A DNA stretch of 58,957 nucleotides, counting the filler, from Sphacelaria rigidula (taxonomy: Eukaryota), in assembly GCA_964200075.2 (NCBI GenBank). It is 2 parts of 2 records of this genome, joined end to end, with 100 filler letters (N's around TTAATTAATTAA, not from the genome) between each part and the next. Parts side by side here need not be neighbours in the genome. Positions count along the whole stretch, not along the records: positions 29,547 to 58,957 come from CAXNAA020000082.1; 1 more part is not named here. The stretch is one strand, 5' to 3'. The position numbers and the translations under genes are program-made. Shown piece after piece: positions 35,235-48,300 of the stretch (positions are counted from its first letter, which is position 1; every line of letters starts with the position of its first letter). The notes below the pieces were generated by a model. The model saw only the letters and a program-made list of their open reading frames with translations. It did no database searches and had not been told where the DNA came from.

Positions 35235-38200
35235 GTATTACCGCCGTATTCTTGGAGCGAAGATGCGTCTTGGTGATGGTGATATTCAACTGTACCGCTG
35301 AGCATGGCTCTTTACCGGTCGGCGTCTTTTCCCCGTCTACGGGAAATATGCAATACAGCTCGACGATCACTTAGTATGAGACAGTCGATGCGCGTCATAA
35401 TTCAGTCCTCTATGCTTGTGAAGAGATGCCGTGTGTATGCCTCGCACTCCACCCGGGTCATGAAAGAGTAGACAGATAGTTACCGACAATTGGAGCAAAC
35501 AGTAAACTACACGTGCCCCATGCTTGATGCCGACGACACAGCATATGCACAGACCGCCGACTGCAGGCAATGGGAACGAAGCACCACTAGACAAGTATGG
35601 AGTGGTGCAGCATAAGGTTGGCGCAGGCAGCCATCCCAGCAGCAATTACTCGCAAGGCTGCTTCGCGCCCGGCTAGTGTCACGTTCTTTATCACCCCCTC
35701 AGGCGAAGCGTGGTCGAGCCCAAAGGCTGCACGAACATCCAAGCCAGGAACGGTAGACATTGCTGTAAGATAATCACACTCGGCGAAAGGCTAAAGTGGC
35801 GCAGTTTTGAGTTTTAAACCAGGAAGTCATCGTGGCAGCTACTATTCGTACGGTTGTGGTATTGCGCCCGGCTAGCGTACCTTTTAATTAATCACCCCCA
35901 AAATCAAAGCACGGTCGAGCGAGCCTACAGCCTGCACGAGCAACTTAACACCCAGCTACCCGTACATAAGTTTCGCGGATATTGATCTCTCTGGTGGTTT
36001 GGTTTCGCACATTAAAGGCACCCAGAGCTACCAGCGTGGAGAGGCATGCGTTCGCTCACAGTGGCATACGACATACACTTTTAGTGAACCTCACGTACAC
36101 AAGGCCCAGTCCGGCGACTAGGTTGCAGGTGCTTCGTGAACAGGCGTTCTGATTGGTTCCACGAGTACATGAAGGATACATATTCTTTTTCTAGGGCATT
36201 ATCGATAGAGTATATGGAGGCCTACAGTTTTGATCGTACATCTGTGGTTGATTTTTTCGAACAAACAACGATGCCAACCCTAACCCTAACCCCGACCCAA
36301 GGCGTACGAGGCCCTCGGCAAGGGGGGTGCACAGGTTCCCCTGGGCAAAGCCTGCGTCGGCAGACCTGAATTCGACGCCGCAGACACCGACTTCGATAAA
36401 AACACCTTCTGGGCTAGCGTGCGTTGGCGGACCTGAAATCGATGCCGCAGGCTCCGATTTCGACAAAAACACGTTCTGGACAAGCTGGGTCCACTGCTCA
36501 GGCGGCGTCTTATCGGCAGTAATTATCACTTGAAAAAAAAACACTCTTGAAGAAGTGATGAAGTGATTGCCCCCACGACGACCAGTGCTGCCTCATAGGA
36601 CCGTCATTATCGACCAAGAAAATGGGAGAAGGTATAAATTTTAAAATTTCGGCAATCGCCTAGGGCTTATTATTATCTAGATCTACTGTTGTTATTAGAT
36701 ATGTTATATAATTACAGATGGTGCTGATCTCGTCGTTTGCTTGCCTTCGCCGGCAAATCAAGAGCAGGGTTATGCTACCTGCCCGTGTATGGCGTTCATG
36801 ACTGTGGTAAACATCTTTTTCGCGACCTCTCTGTGACACGGGGGGGCAGTCGGACAGGCTAGGACGTGTTCGACCGCCTCTCTCAGGATGCTGCAGCTAA
36901 ACACCCGAGTAAAAATACCCACTGTAGGAAACTCCTTGCATAGATTGCAGCATGCTTGCTTTGTGTGAGTTGTATAGGCAGATACACCCAATTAAACCAC
37001 CAGCTACAGACTTGACAGACGGTGCGGTAGCGTACACTCGTAGCAGCACTGCAGGCAAGGATGTAGCTACTGGCTTATTTCTGCTCTTCACTTCGAAAGT
37101 GCATATGTCTGCGAACGACGACCACCGTGCTTGGCCCCATCAGCTCCAACACCGCTGCCGGGGCACACACCGTCTAAGGAGATAGATACCGCCAACCCGC
37201 GGTGCTTTTTACTTGACGACATAGCCCAGGGTGTCACTAACAAGATTCCTGATGATTCTCGCATGCGTGCGAGCGCCACGGCGTGCGCCAAGGGCAGCTC
37301 TGCGGAGTATTGCGCTGCGGTCCGAAATATTCGGCGTTCGCCAAACGTGAAGGCTTGGCGAAAATATCTGACCGCTTCATTTTCGGAGAACGCCAAGCGC
37401 AAGGTGCGAAAGCGCCTAAAATCTTGGCGATCTCCGAAAAAACTGTGTCGATAATAACGGCACGTATCGACAAGCAGTTTTGTCCAGATCGAAGCCCAGA
37501 TCTGCACACCAGTAAAAATACGGCGGTTCTGGAAGTGGCCGTTAGTCCAATATCTCGTTTATACTGCTGCGGACAAGACGCAACGAGGTGACATAGCGCC
37601 GACACACCGAGCCACGAAAACCGACGCATGGACACCCACCACTCACGCGCATTGGCTCAAGCGCTAGCTCTTCATCATGTACACACGACAGTCGTTGTTT
37701 GACGGAAATCCATCCTGTATTGGATGAGAGGCTGCCGCGTGCGTGTGAAATAGCAACCGAAGACGTGCTGTTGCTGACTGGTTTTGAGCGTGTGCTGTGC
37801 GCGCGTCTGACGCCAATCATCATATCTCACTTGATTCTGAACCGATCTGAGCAAGGTCACGCACAGCATGCTCAGCTCGTTAGCAGCAATGAATGGAGCG
37901 GTGTGATTTGGTTTGGGAGGGCAATGCGATCCTCAGGTTCACGTTTGATTGTGTTGACTTGTCTGTCAAGCCTCTGGTTATGCCCCTGCCAACGGGATGT
38001 TTAATGTTCCCGTTCAAGGTGTCACAAAACCCCTTTTGCAAAAGTGATTTTTTGGCACTTTTTCGGGTGGGTGGTATCACAGCAACCAACCATCATCCAT
38101 TTTTTACAAAAGACCCCGCCTCACCTGCGCCAAACCATACTTTTCTCAGAATTTTCTCAAATCTAAAACCAAGTAGTCATGTTGTCAACCATAGATCTAC

Positions 38201-41200
38201 GACCAAAGTTTTAGGTCTACTGAGTATGTGGTCCCACGAGAGTATGTCGTGATTTGTGGTACACGGTTGTATACGATCTGCTTTCAAACCGCCGCGCCCC
38301 GGTGGTGTAAATTAAAATTGTCCGACTGTTGCCATTAGGGTGGAGAGAATGTGGTTTCGATTTCCGATGCGTTGGGTTTCTCTTCGAAGTGTCTGAGTGC
38401 CACCGTTGAAAGCGTGAGTACGTGAGTAAGCAAGTTGTTGACTAAGTTCGCTTGCCGAGACTTGACGCTGTGCGGGGGTCCTCACCCAATCTGCAAGATC
38501 AAAATGCACGGCGTGTGCTGGGTTGATCCCTTCAGACCACGACTTCGTCCCGAGAAAGGGGAGGGATTCAAAGTGCGACAAGAAAAAAAAACTGAAAGGG
38601 GGTGGTTACTGTTGTAAAATTATGTGCAACTGGTCGCTAGGTGATCCCCAGTCAATTCCATCCCCCACAGCCCTCAAACGGGTGATTGTATATTTTCATT
38701 TTGCCAAGTATGCCGCGACAGGAACCGGTGCTGTGCGTCCACGTGTGTAACCGATACACCCACCGTCTCTTACGGTGGAAGGTTGCAGGATCGAATATCA
38801 TAACATGCATTTTTTAGCGCGAAATCCGATTTTACACCATTGAAAGCGCGAGGACGTGCGTAGCGAAGAAAAATTCGGAACGAGTTGACATCGCACGGGG
38901 GTACTGACGCAATCCGCGATATGAAAGTGTCAGGAATACGCCGAGGAGAAGAGTTGATGACCTTCGACATTGCGATATCGTCACGAGGACGGGAGGTAAA
39001 GTAAGTTCATGAGAAAAAACTGCAATATTACCCGAATATCCATCATCAGAGGTCATTTACGCCTCGCGATCGTGTAGTTATCTTCATGAGGCGATGTGTG
39101 TTGAGTGCCTAGTTTCAGCTCGGTCACTGAAGAACTGCGGGCAATATATAATCTCAAGACCTGTCTGAGCCACAGCGGCGCTTGCCCACGGAATTCATTT
39201 GGTACGCAATCGGTGGATATACGAGCTGGGCCAATCGTAGAACGTGAAACGCCCGGGCACACCACAACTTCTTGAATGTCCTGATCCAACCCGATTCAAG
39301 CATATCGCTGTGAGCTGCAGACCAACCTGATGATGGACGGCTCCGCCGCTGCTCGATTGGCGTAGTTTTGGCGATGACGTTATTGTACTGCATTGAGTAC
39401 CGGGTACGTCTCTTATCGTGGCATGATAGCGTGTTCCGAGTTTTTCTTTTTCAAATCGCGGATCACGTACGGCAATTTCGATACGCACAGTCAAGCGTGC
39501 ACTGGGAATGCTGCGAGATGACATCAAGTTCGTCAGCAGCTCCATCATGGAAGAGGACTTCAGGGCCTATCACCATTATTATATACCAAGCATAGGCACG
39601 AGTCTCCAACTCGGACTGGGCTGCAAGGCTTTCCCTCGATCCGATCCCCGATGGTGATAGTTTTTTCTCACATTTGGGCAAAAACAAGTCTGCCAGATTA
39701 TGAGCAGAAAATCGTCGTGTCGGGATTCTACCCCGTGATCTGTGTACATGGAGGTTCCTCTGTCAGTTGGACCACCGGGACGCAGCGATGTCACACAAAC
39801 AGTTCCACGCCCGACCCAATTTTAGGAGTTTATAGCCGAATTTCTACGGGATCTTTTGCGCGCAAGTGAAAAATTCGTGCTGCGGGATACGATCGATTTC
39901 ATATTTTTCGTGGAGTTATGATATTTCTCTTGTCGTTGCTGAATTTCAAATCCCTCTTTCTGTTTTTATTTTTTTCTTCGTATCCTCAAAAATGGTTCGC
40001 GTCTTGATGAAAATGCCGAACGCCTCAAATTAAGCCGCGCGTCACCCATACCCCGAAGAAAAAGATGTTGGCTGGCCCAACTCGTTTGTATCTCAACCGT
40101 GTTCAAAATCCACGGCATATAAGAACGGGCTAAGGACTTACCAACTGCAGAATGATGAACACGGCAGTTAGCCGCTTTGCCTCCTGCTGGCTATTTCCCA
40201 TGCTACACTCGTGGTGTTGCCGGCGAAACTTGACAGGAGCATTTTCGCGTTGTCTTGATGTCCTTGTCCGATACCCATATCGTGCGCGGGGCAGCCTTTC
40301 ATTTGTAGCCGAAGAAGGCGAAACAACTGCAGCGTAATTTAAGGGGCCGGTTGCGTAGAGGTTTCAAAATCAGGCGGCTTCTCCTCACCTGAGCAGGCGT
40401 TTTCGGGTTGTAAAGTGAAACTCTGCGTTTGATTCCGCTAGTCTTGAGCGTGATGTTTACATCCGATTTTGCCGCGTTCCAACACACAAGATAGGTCATG
40501 ACCATGGGAATCGTACCAACACTGATGTACTGTGGGAGGTACCCTGTCCTTGATTGAACACAGCGGCTCTACGTCTGACGTCGACAACCAGCCGAGTAAG
40601 CCTCAGCGTGTGGCCGTACCGACTCACTTACCTGCTGATGCTGGTGCTGTGTTGGCTGAGTCGGCAGTCGAGCACCGGCTGGGGTGGCGGCATTCATAGC
40701 GATGATGCTGCCCCAATGCAATATCCCATGGGCGAGCAGAGCGACTATGCGCAAGCTCAGGGTTAGGGCAGAAGGGACCCCGCCGTAATCAGGGACCGCG
40801 CGGCGGAGGATCCCCACGGCCTCCGCAACCACCACAACTATGATGTTTCTGAAGAGCATACTATTTGCGTATGGTTTCGCAGTTTTGAGATCTTCCGGGC
40901 CGCGCTGGCACACACGTCGAGCATGCTTCGGTACTGTTTTTGTTTCAAGTCTACCGTACTGTGCTGTACCTCAGCCACCTGCCCAGCATGCTTTGATGCT
41001 GCACTGCATGTCACACTTGTCATCACCTCCACGACTGGCTCGATCCCCCACTTCGAATTCCAGCGATCACAGCAAATACGCCCCCTACTTTTTGTTCTCA
41101 GTTTTCATTTGACTGAAATACAGGAAGCGTTGAAATCGCAAATCGAGCAGATCTGCACTCTTGCGATGATCTGTCTAATGACGAAGGTGGAGTCACCTCT

Positions 41201-44200
41201 GGGCATGCATCATTCTTCGTGTGTGAAGGAAGTAACCTGTTTGCCTTCATCCCTCCGCGGTGACGTACATACCATAAATATGCTGTTTCCGCATAGTTAT
41301 GTATTCAACCGGCATTTTTCCATCTATACCAGAAATGCGTACCTCCAGCTGCCGTGGCTACCTGAGAGTCATCCTCTACTGTCTCGCTAGGTCGACGTCA
41401 CGTAGCACGGTCGTGTCGCGTTGAGATGCGTACCCACTTCTCGCTGCAGAGGGGCTCAACCCCGCGCAGCATATACATGACATATACGTGACAGCACAGC
41501 AACGTTTTCCCGGGGGCAGTTTTCGTATTTTTCGACCAAGAAATATCTGCGGACTGCTCGCTGGAAAGCATCGTTTGATAAGAACTGCTCTCGCCACTCG
41601 TGCAGTTGAGCAAGTCCTGTTCCTGTCGTCCTCACCATCACATGGACCTCAACATATTGAGGAATCACACCAAATTGAAGAGATCCTGCTGGTCCACTGA
41701 AGTGTCGTTGCTTACACCACCGGGGCTCATGTAGTCCGGTCACTGGTCAAAATCTAGTCAGAAGTGGAGTCGAGTTGAAGGTGCGTTTTCAGTCCCGGAA
41801 CTTGAAGTGCATGCCGACTCGATTCGTATTCAAGGTGAGGTCCATCACGTGAAGTCGAGCATTCTGCAACGGAACACAAATATCTCCAGATTATGCATGC
41901 GGTCACGTAAGGTAGAACATATCACTTCACTAAAAAATGTGCACACCTGTGCGTTCTCATCACTTGAGAGAAAACCAAAATCAAATCATACCCGCGATCC
42001 TCGCCCCCAAGCTGACCTCCCCGTAATTTTTCCATGTAAAAAGTCCGGAACGTTATTCTCAAGCATTGTCGCGGGTCAGAGGAGTCCAAGTGCGGATTCG
42101 AGCTTCATACACGGCGTGCCGGGTCTTCCGTGATGTAGGGAAGCAAGTTAGAAACACCGTGATGATTCGTTCGTACATCTTGTTGTATGCTTCCCATGTG
42201 CATTGGACGACTATTTCATCGCCCAACCCGGTCGCCCCGGTGGCTCAGTTGGTAACCTCGGAACCTTCTGACGGTTGGGTCGTGGGTTCAAATCTCGGAG
42301 CGGTCTGGGATTTATTCCCACACAATGCCCAGTAGTGGAGAGTCACTATAATATGTTGTGGGTACACAAAACTCGACCTGACGGTCGACAAGGCAAAGGG
42401 ACTGCTGAACCCCTTCGCGATAAAAACTAAAGGCAAGCACCGCAGAAGGAAGGTGGAGCACTAGAAACAAACAAAAGAGAAAAAACTCCTGTGTTGACTT
42501 CGTTCCTGTGTGACCCCGGCTGGTGCGCCCACATATAACGAAAGGTGTAGACCGGCGTCCAGAATAGATGGGACGACAACACGAAACACATAACACACGC
42601 ACAACATGCGTGTTGAAAGTGTTGCACCGGCTCTACAGCAGACATACGTTTGTATAATAAACGTAGCTGAAAATGGATGATGACCAAGCGGAACCTACCG
42701 TCCATCTTGTTTTGTTTTGGAAGAATGTTTGGGGTGACGAATATGACAGTACGAGCCAGGTGCAGTGTTGTTTGGGAGCTTTACTCGCAGGCGTTTCGCT
42801 GATGATCGTGATGCGGACGGATTCCGTTGTGGCAATCGTGCGGTTTTTTTTTTTACAATATGGTGGGGTGTGTCGCCCATTTCATCACGAATGTGCTTAT
42901 GGCTGGCTGCATTCACGTCCATATCTAGCGTGTCGTATGAAAATACTTGCACTGCTGGAGCCGCAGTTATAGCACGAGTGCGTAAATTGGATTTACGGCG
43001 GTATTCTGATTGAAATCATGTGAGCAAACAAGCATATAACACACAGGCGTAACACACAAAGCTACACGACTTACGGTCTCACGTTGCTCTGTGTCATCTT
43101 CCAGAGGGATCTGGACCGTGAGTGTGCCCTGCGGGTGAGGGGAGCAATGGCTCCTGTAGTGGCTGGCGTGCTTCGGTCTCTGCACGCGTCCTACCAGGGG
43201 AGGGCTGAAGATGCACACAGGCACTACATCGCGGCACTCGAGTGAGGGCATGAGTGTTGTACGTCTACTCTATACATCCAAACTTGAATCGGATTGATTT
43301 TTTCATTATTTTTTGTCACGGTGTGACCCAACGCCACCCGCTACGAATTCAGCCGTTGTTCCAAGTAGACGTACTCAAGACGAACGGAACCGAAAACTCG
43401 CCTAGCGGAAGGAGACTCGAGCAGATTGAAGGCAAACACGCAGAAGCAGTAGAACAAAAAAAGCGAAAAGTAAATATAAGAGCAGAAGACTGATGGACAA
43501 GGACGCCGCGCTGTAGACGACCTCGACGAAGATTGCTGGAGCCTAGCCTTCCGTTAGACTTGCAGACAGGAGGTGGTCAAATGGCAAGGTTTGGAAGGAG
43601 GTGGCGATTCAGCTATCGGGAAACAGCGTTATTTCGCAGGAACGATCAACCTCTATGTGTGAAGATATGAAACATGGAAGGTAGTATGGCACAGGGGAAC
43701 AGGCAAAGCAAGGGGGAGATAAATGTATATGCCTGCGCTGCATACATCAAGTGTGGGTTTCGCAAATTGGTGTCGGGTTCTTTCCTCCGAATCGCAGCTA
43801 CCTCTTGGCTGGCTTCAAAGTTCTAAAATGAACGGTCGCCTATCCAACGCGTGAAGTATCGGAATGCATGGCGGCCAAACACTGAACTCACCATTTTGCT
43901 CGTCGCCGGCGATTTCGACAGGTCATTCTTGGACGGTATGTTCGTTCCAGAGGGAACATGGTTGGCGCCATGCTTGTATACAATGGTTGCTGGAGTTCGA
44001 AAACTAGCAAAGAAGGTATGTGCGGATACGACAGGGCGCTTTTGTTAAAGTTGCTGTTATCATTGTACACTATTAATAGAGTACCTGTAAGAGGGTTTTT
44101 CGGGCCTCTCTCCCCAAGTGGTTGTTGGAAAATGACAAGAAGACACCGTACTTGATGTGGTATACGCTTTCGGTAGCTATACACTGGGTTATGCTCGGGA

Positions 44201-45335
44201 CGATATGTGGTGATTTCGAAACTGTGGTACGGTGCGGTGTGGGGCCGACGACTGTGGTACGCACGCCGGTAGAACTAAGTAGTTGCGGTTACCGTTACCG
44301 TGGTGAAAAGGAAGACTTCTCGGCATAGCCTACGTGTAAGTATAGTGTACACTTGTACCTATGTACGCACTATTAATAATCAAGTCGATTGCAATGTCAG
44401 TAGTCATGATTCGGTACAGAAAGGAACTCGAAAACAACAGGCAAATACGACAGGCGGGTACCGCACGAAAAGTACACGGTGACGGTAGTGTGTCGCCACA
44501 TCACAGGTAAGCCATGGCTCCATCGTAGTACGTAGTGCATACGTCCAAGCAGACAAAAGTGGCATTGTGTATATATGTATATGCGTTGTAGTACGACTGT
44601 GTGCACACCATTGTAGCGCATACAAACATATCATGTTGCATTAAGCAAATTTTAACAAATGAAGCATTTTGTATCAAATACATTTTCGACAAACCCTTCC
44701 CCCCCAAATACCACACTATGTGCTGCACCCGAGAAGTGGCAATCACACGTGCCACTTGGAAGATAAGGACAGAAGCAAGCTGAAGTACCCCGAAGGGCGA
44801 TGGCAACTGCGAAAGTGCAAATACTCCGGAGTATACGACAATGATACAGAATCTCGAAAAACGAAAACATTGAAGTGAAAAATGAACTTGAAAGTGGGCA
44901 TGTGTAATCATAAATGAACAAATACCGCTATTTTCACTACGAAAACGAGATACCAATGCCGGGGACATGAAATTTGCAACCGAGAATACATGAAAGCTGA
45001 CACGGACTAGGTGTGCTCACAACAATTGATCATGGATAAATTCATTCCATGACTGACGGGCTTGGTATCCAATACAGCACAACACACAAATGACAAGTGT
45101 GCAAGTTGTATTCAAGTCCAGAACGGATGCAACATACCACTGTGCAACAAGATGGATCCTCTGTTCATCTCCCGTGGAAGTATTTTTTTAGGGCCTGTAC
45201 GACCTCTCTCGCGAACATAAAGCCTTATCGCCGGCTGGGCGTTAATATTTGATGGCCAGTTTCGCGAAACACTTGAGGAAGAAAAAATACGTGTTACAAC
45301 TGCTGTCTCATGTCCCACTATGATTATTATTATTA

Positions 45336-45367
<32 letters not shown>

Positions 45368-48300
45368 CCCCTTCCTCTCCTCCCCAGGTTGAGGCCTAGG
45401 GTTAGGATCAACTACTCCAGCGTTAGGGAAGTTAACTAACCCTTACCCTTTCCTTTTGTCTCGGGTCTTTTGTTCAGTTTGCTCCGTTTGTTTGGTCTTT
45501 GTCTTTCACCTTTCCGAAGTATTGTTCAGGATCCGCCAGTGTCTTGTCTTGTGGATAATGACCACATATATCAGTTATTGTGCGATGATCAATAATATAT
45601 CAGCACTCGATCAAACTACCTACGCCTGAGAAGACCGCCGGTCGCCCGAATCCGGGGGAATGTGTGTGTATGTGTGTGTGGAGGTACAATTATGAGGGTT
45701 TCATTACAAAATCCGACTCAATGGTCGACGAGGGAAAGGGACTGCTGAACCCTCTCGCGATGAAAAATTAAGGCAAGCACGGCAGGAGGAAGGTGGAGAA
45801 CTAAGGCAAACAAACAAAAAGTTGGGTACGGTTATCATGTGACCACGGCTAGACCCCTGGGGGGGCAGTTAGAGTGCGGCAATCAATCAAATTGAATCAA
45901 ATCATTGGTGTTCCTTGGGGGAAAATTCTTGCTTTTTGAGCATCGATGTCACCGCGTTTCATGGTTTTCACAGGGATTGGAGGACATTGATTTCATCGCT
46001 CCCCTCACGGCTAACTCATCCGTGGCCGAGCTTGCGTGCGATCTATAGCTCCAGCGACAAGATATGGCAAGATAGCGGCAAATAATTGTTTCAGAAGAAG
46101 AAGAGACAAGGGCGAAGAACGGGAATTAAAGATAGCGGGGGATTCGAATTGCGCTCGATACAACTGATGGCGCGTCATGTGTATCTTTTGCGCCACATCT
46201 CATGAGCTCTCATGACATATTGAACGCCATCCCCTGTGGGTTACGGTGTGGTGCAGTGCAGTTTGGGCGATTTGCATGGTAATAGGGCTTCGCGGGTGAA
46301 AATTCCGAGGATGGCTCTGGAGAATAATCTAAATGAATGGAATTCGGTGCTCCTCGCGGCTTTGCGTTCTGTGTGGTCCGACTGTTGAACATACATCATC
46401 CCCGTGTACTGTGTTTGTATGGTTTGATAGTTGCGCTGCAAATTGATTTGATTCGATTGGTCGGTTGATGGATTGTGAAACATCAACTGTTCTGCTGCAA
46501 ATGTAGCGGTAGTGACAAATCACAAGATTAACCTACCCAAGGCAAGTTCGACGTACAGAGCATATTTAGTAATATTAGTAATATTAGTAAAGGAACCTCG
46601 AGAAGAGGGGAATGTGGATAAAGCAATGAGGGGACACGCACGGTGAAATACAGCAAGGAAAAAGAAGCCTGCAGTAATAGGGCTATGCAGAAACAAGACA
46701 AAACACGAGAGGAAAGGGCGTGGAAGTAGGTGGCGATTGTGCTATACAGGGACCACACCATCTAGGCAGGAAGTCTCACCTACTATAATAGCTCTGCACG
46801 AGCGAAATACCAACACTATAGCATACGGCATTGAGAAGCAATAATTGAAAAACAATGGCAGCCGCAGCAGCAGCGGTGGCCGCGGCTCTCTTTCAACCTC
46901 AAGCGATTTCACCTTGGATTCCTGGAGGGCTGTTGCTATTGCTGCCGTTGATATACCAATGCCGGCCGTGGGGACTCTCGTATTGGCGGCTCTCACCTCC
47001 ACACCGTAGACAAACGGCTTCCTTCGTTCTCGCTTGCGTGGGAAGCGCCTACTGCACGCAGACTCCCCTGAAGGCGATCTCCCCTGTGTTTAGAAGGCCG
47101 ACCAGCCTCCTTGAGCCCTCGTATGCCTGACCTTCAGAACATGATGCGCGTCAGGAGACGTGTCTGATCTTGTTGGACAAGGGCGGGCCCCACGGAGCAA
47201 AGTTGACTGTAGCGGATGGTCGTGTCGACAAGCTCGTGTGGGGTCATCCCGAGCACAGCTCTGTTTGAACGCGTCTTGTGTCGAATGCGATCCTTCCTGC
47301 AGAGGCCGGCTACCCTCAGTATAAACTTGCGGTAGGCGACGCGCTGGCTGGCGAAGTCGGGGCAGCGTCCATGTAGCACATCCGCACACCATAGCTTCCA
47401 CCACCTCCGCTTTGAGCTGCCGGATTTTGAGGCACAGCCGGGTGTTGGGCCGCTCGTAAAGTTTCGAACTACACTTCCGCAGGCGTGTCCACGCAGCGCT
47501 GATGCGGAGCTTATTTCAATAGAAATTTTGGCGTCTGCGCCGACCGCACCACTCAGGGACAAACTCGGCCGTCTCCTTATACCCTTGGCCTCCCGCCCCT
47601 GTGTACAGTGCGGCCTGTGGAGAGTTGGGTACTGACCATAGACGCATGGACTTTGTGTTCTCCCATATCGTTAGTCCAACCTTCCCAGAGACCACCACCA
47701 TCACAGCACCATCCTAGTGAGTCCGTCTGGGGACCTCGAGGCTATGCCTACGTCATCCGCGTACAGCGTTCCCCATGTCGCGTGTTACACCGTGTTCAGC
47801 GGCTTCTTTGTTGAGATGCCATCGTCGCTTTTTGGCGCATCATGTAGGTTTACCAAGACTGAGACGATGGCCGGGTCCGCCGCAACACGCAGGAAGAATA
47901 CGTCGACTAAAAGCTGCGCCGAAGATGTCGAACAGTAGCAGGAACAAAACGTACCCTTGCCTGAGTCCCTCGTAGATGTGGAACCACTCTGATAATTCGC
48001 CCGTTATCCATCTGGATCCGAGCTCGCATGCCATCTTGGAACTCACGGATGACCTCGATCATCCGTGGCGGGACTCCCAAACGGGCAAGTACTTCCGACA
48101 AGAGCGTGCGGGCTAGGCAGTTGATCTACGCTGCAAGTCGATGAAGCATATGTTCACTGGGATATTTCTTGCCCACCCAACTCTGCAGTCGGCGTGCTAC
48201 GAAATTTGTATCGGTGCTTGATCGTTCCGGTCGGAACCCGCTCTGTTCTTCCGGGAAAATTCCCGCCGTCTCGCACAAACTGCCTATCCTGATTCTGAGA

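Noticed and set aside
36136..36260. Alternative candidate for PCID2 exon 2 (RALSIEYMEAYSF)
   Set aside because: No phase-compatible splice sites; 43105-43241 fits both phase and length.
37237..37635. TLDc-like motif ILGAFAPCAW
   Set aside because: It lies in an internally repetitive, MITE-like stretch with no downstream FYG/FLF motifs or splice support.
39050..39600. Protein-like minus-strand ORFs
   Set aside because: 39200-39335 is the inverted homolog of 25035-25170, so at least part of it is a dispersed repeat.
42234..42312. tRNA gene
   Set aside because: A and B boxes are present but there is no closing acceptor stem or clean anticodon arm, and it continues into a multi-copy body. It is a SINE head.
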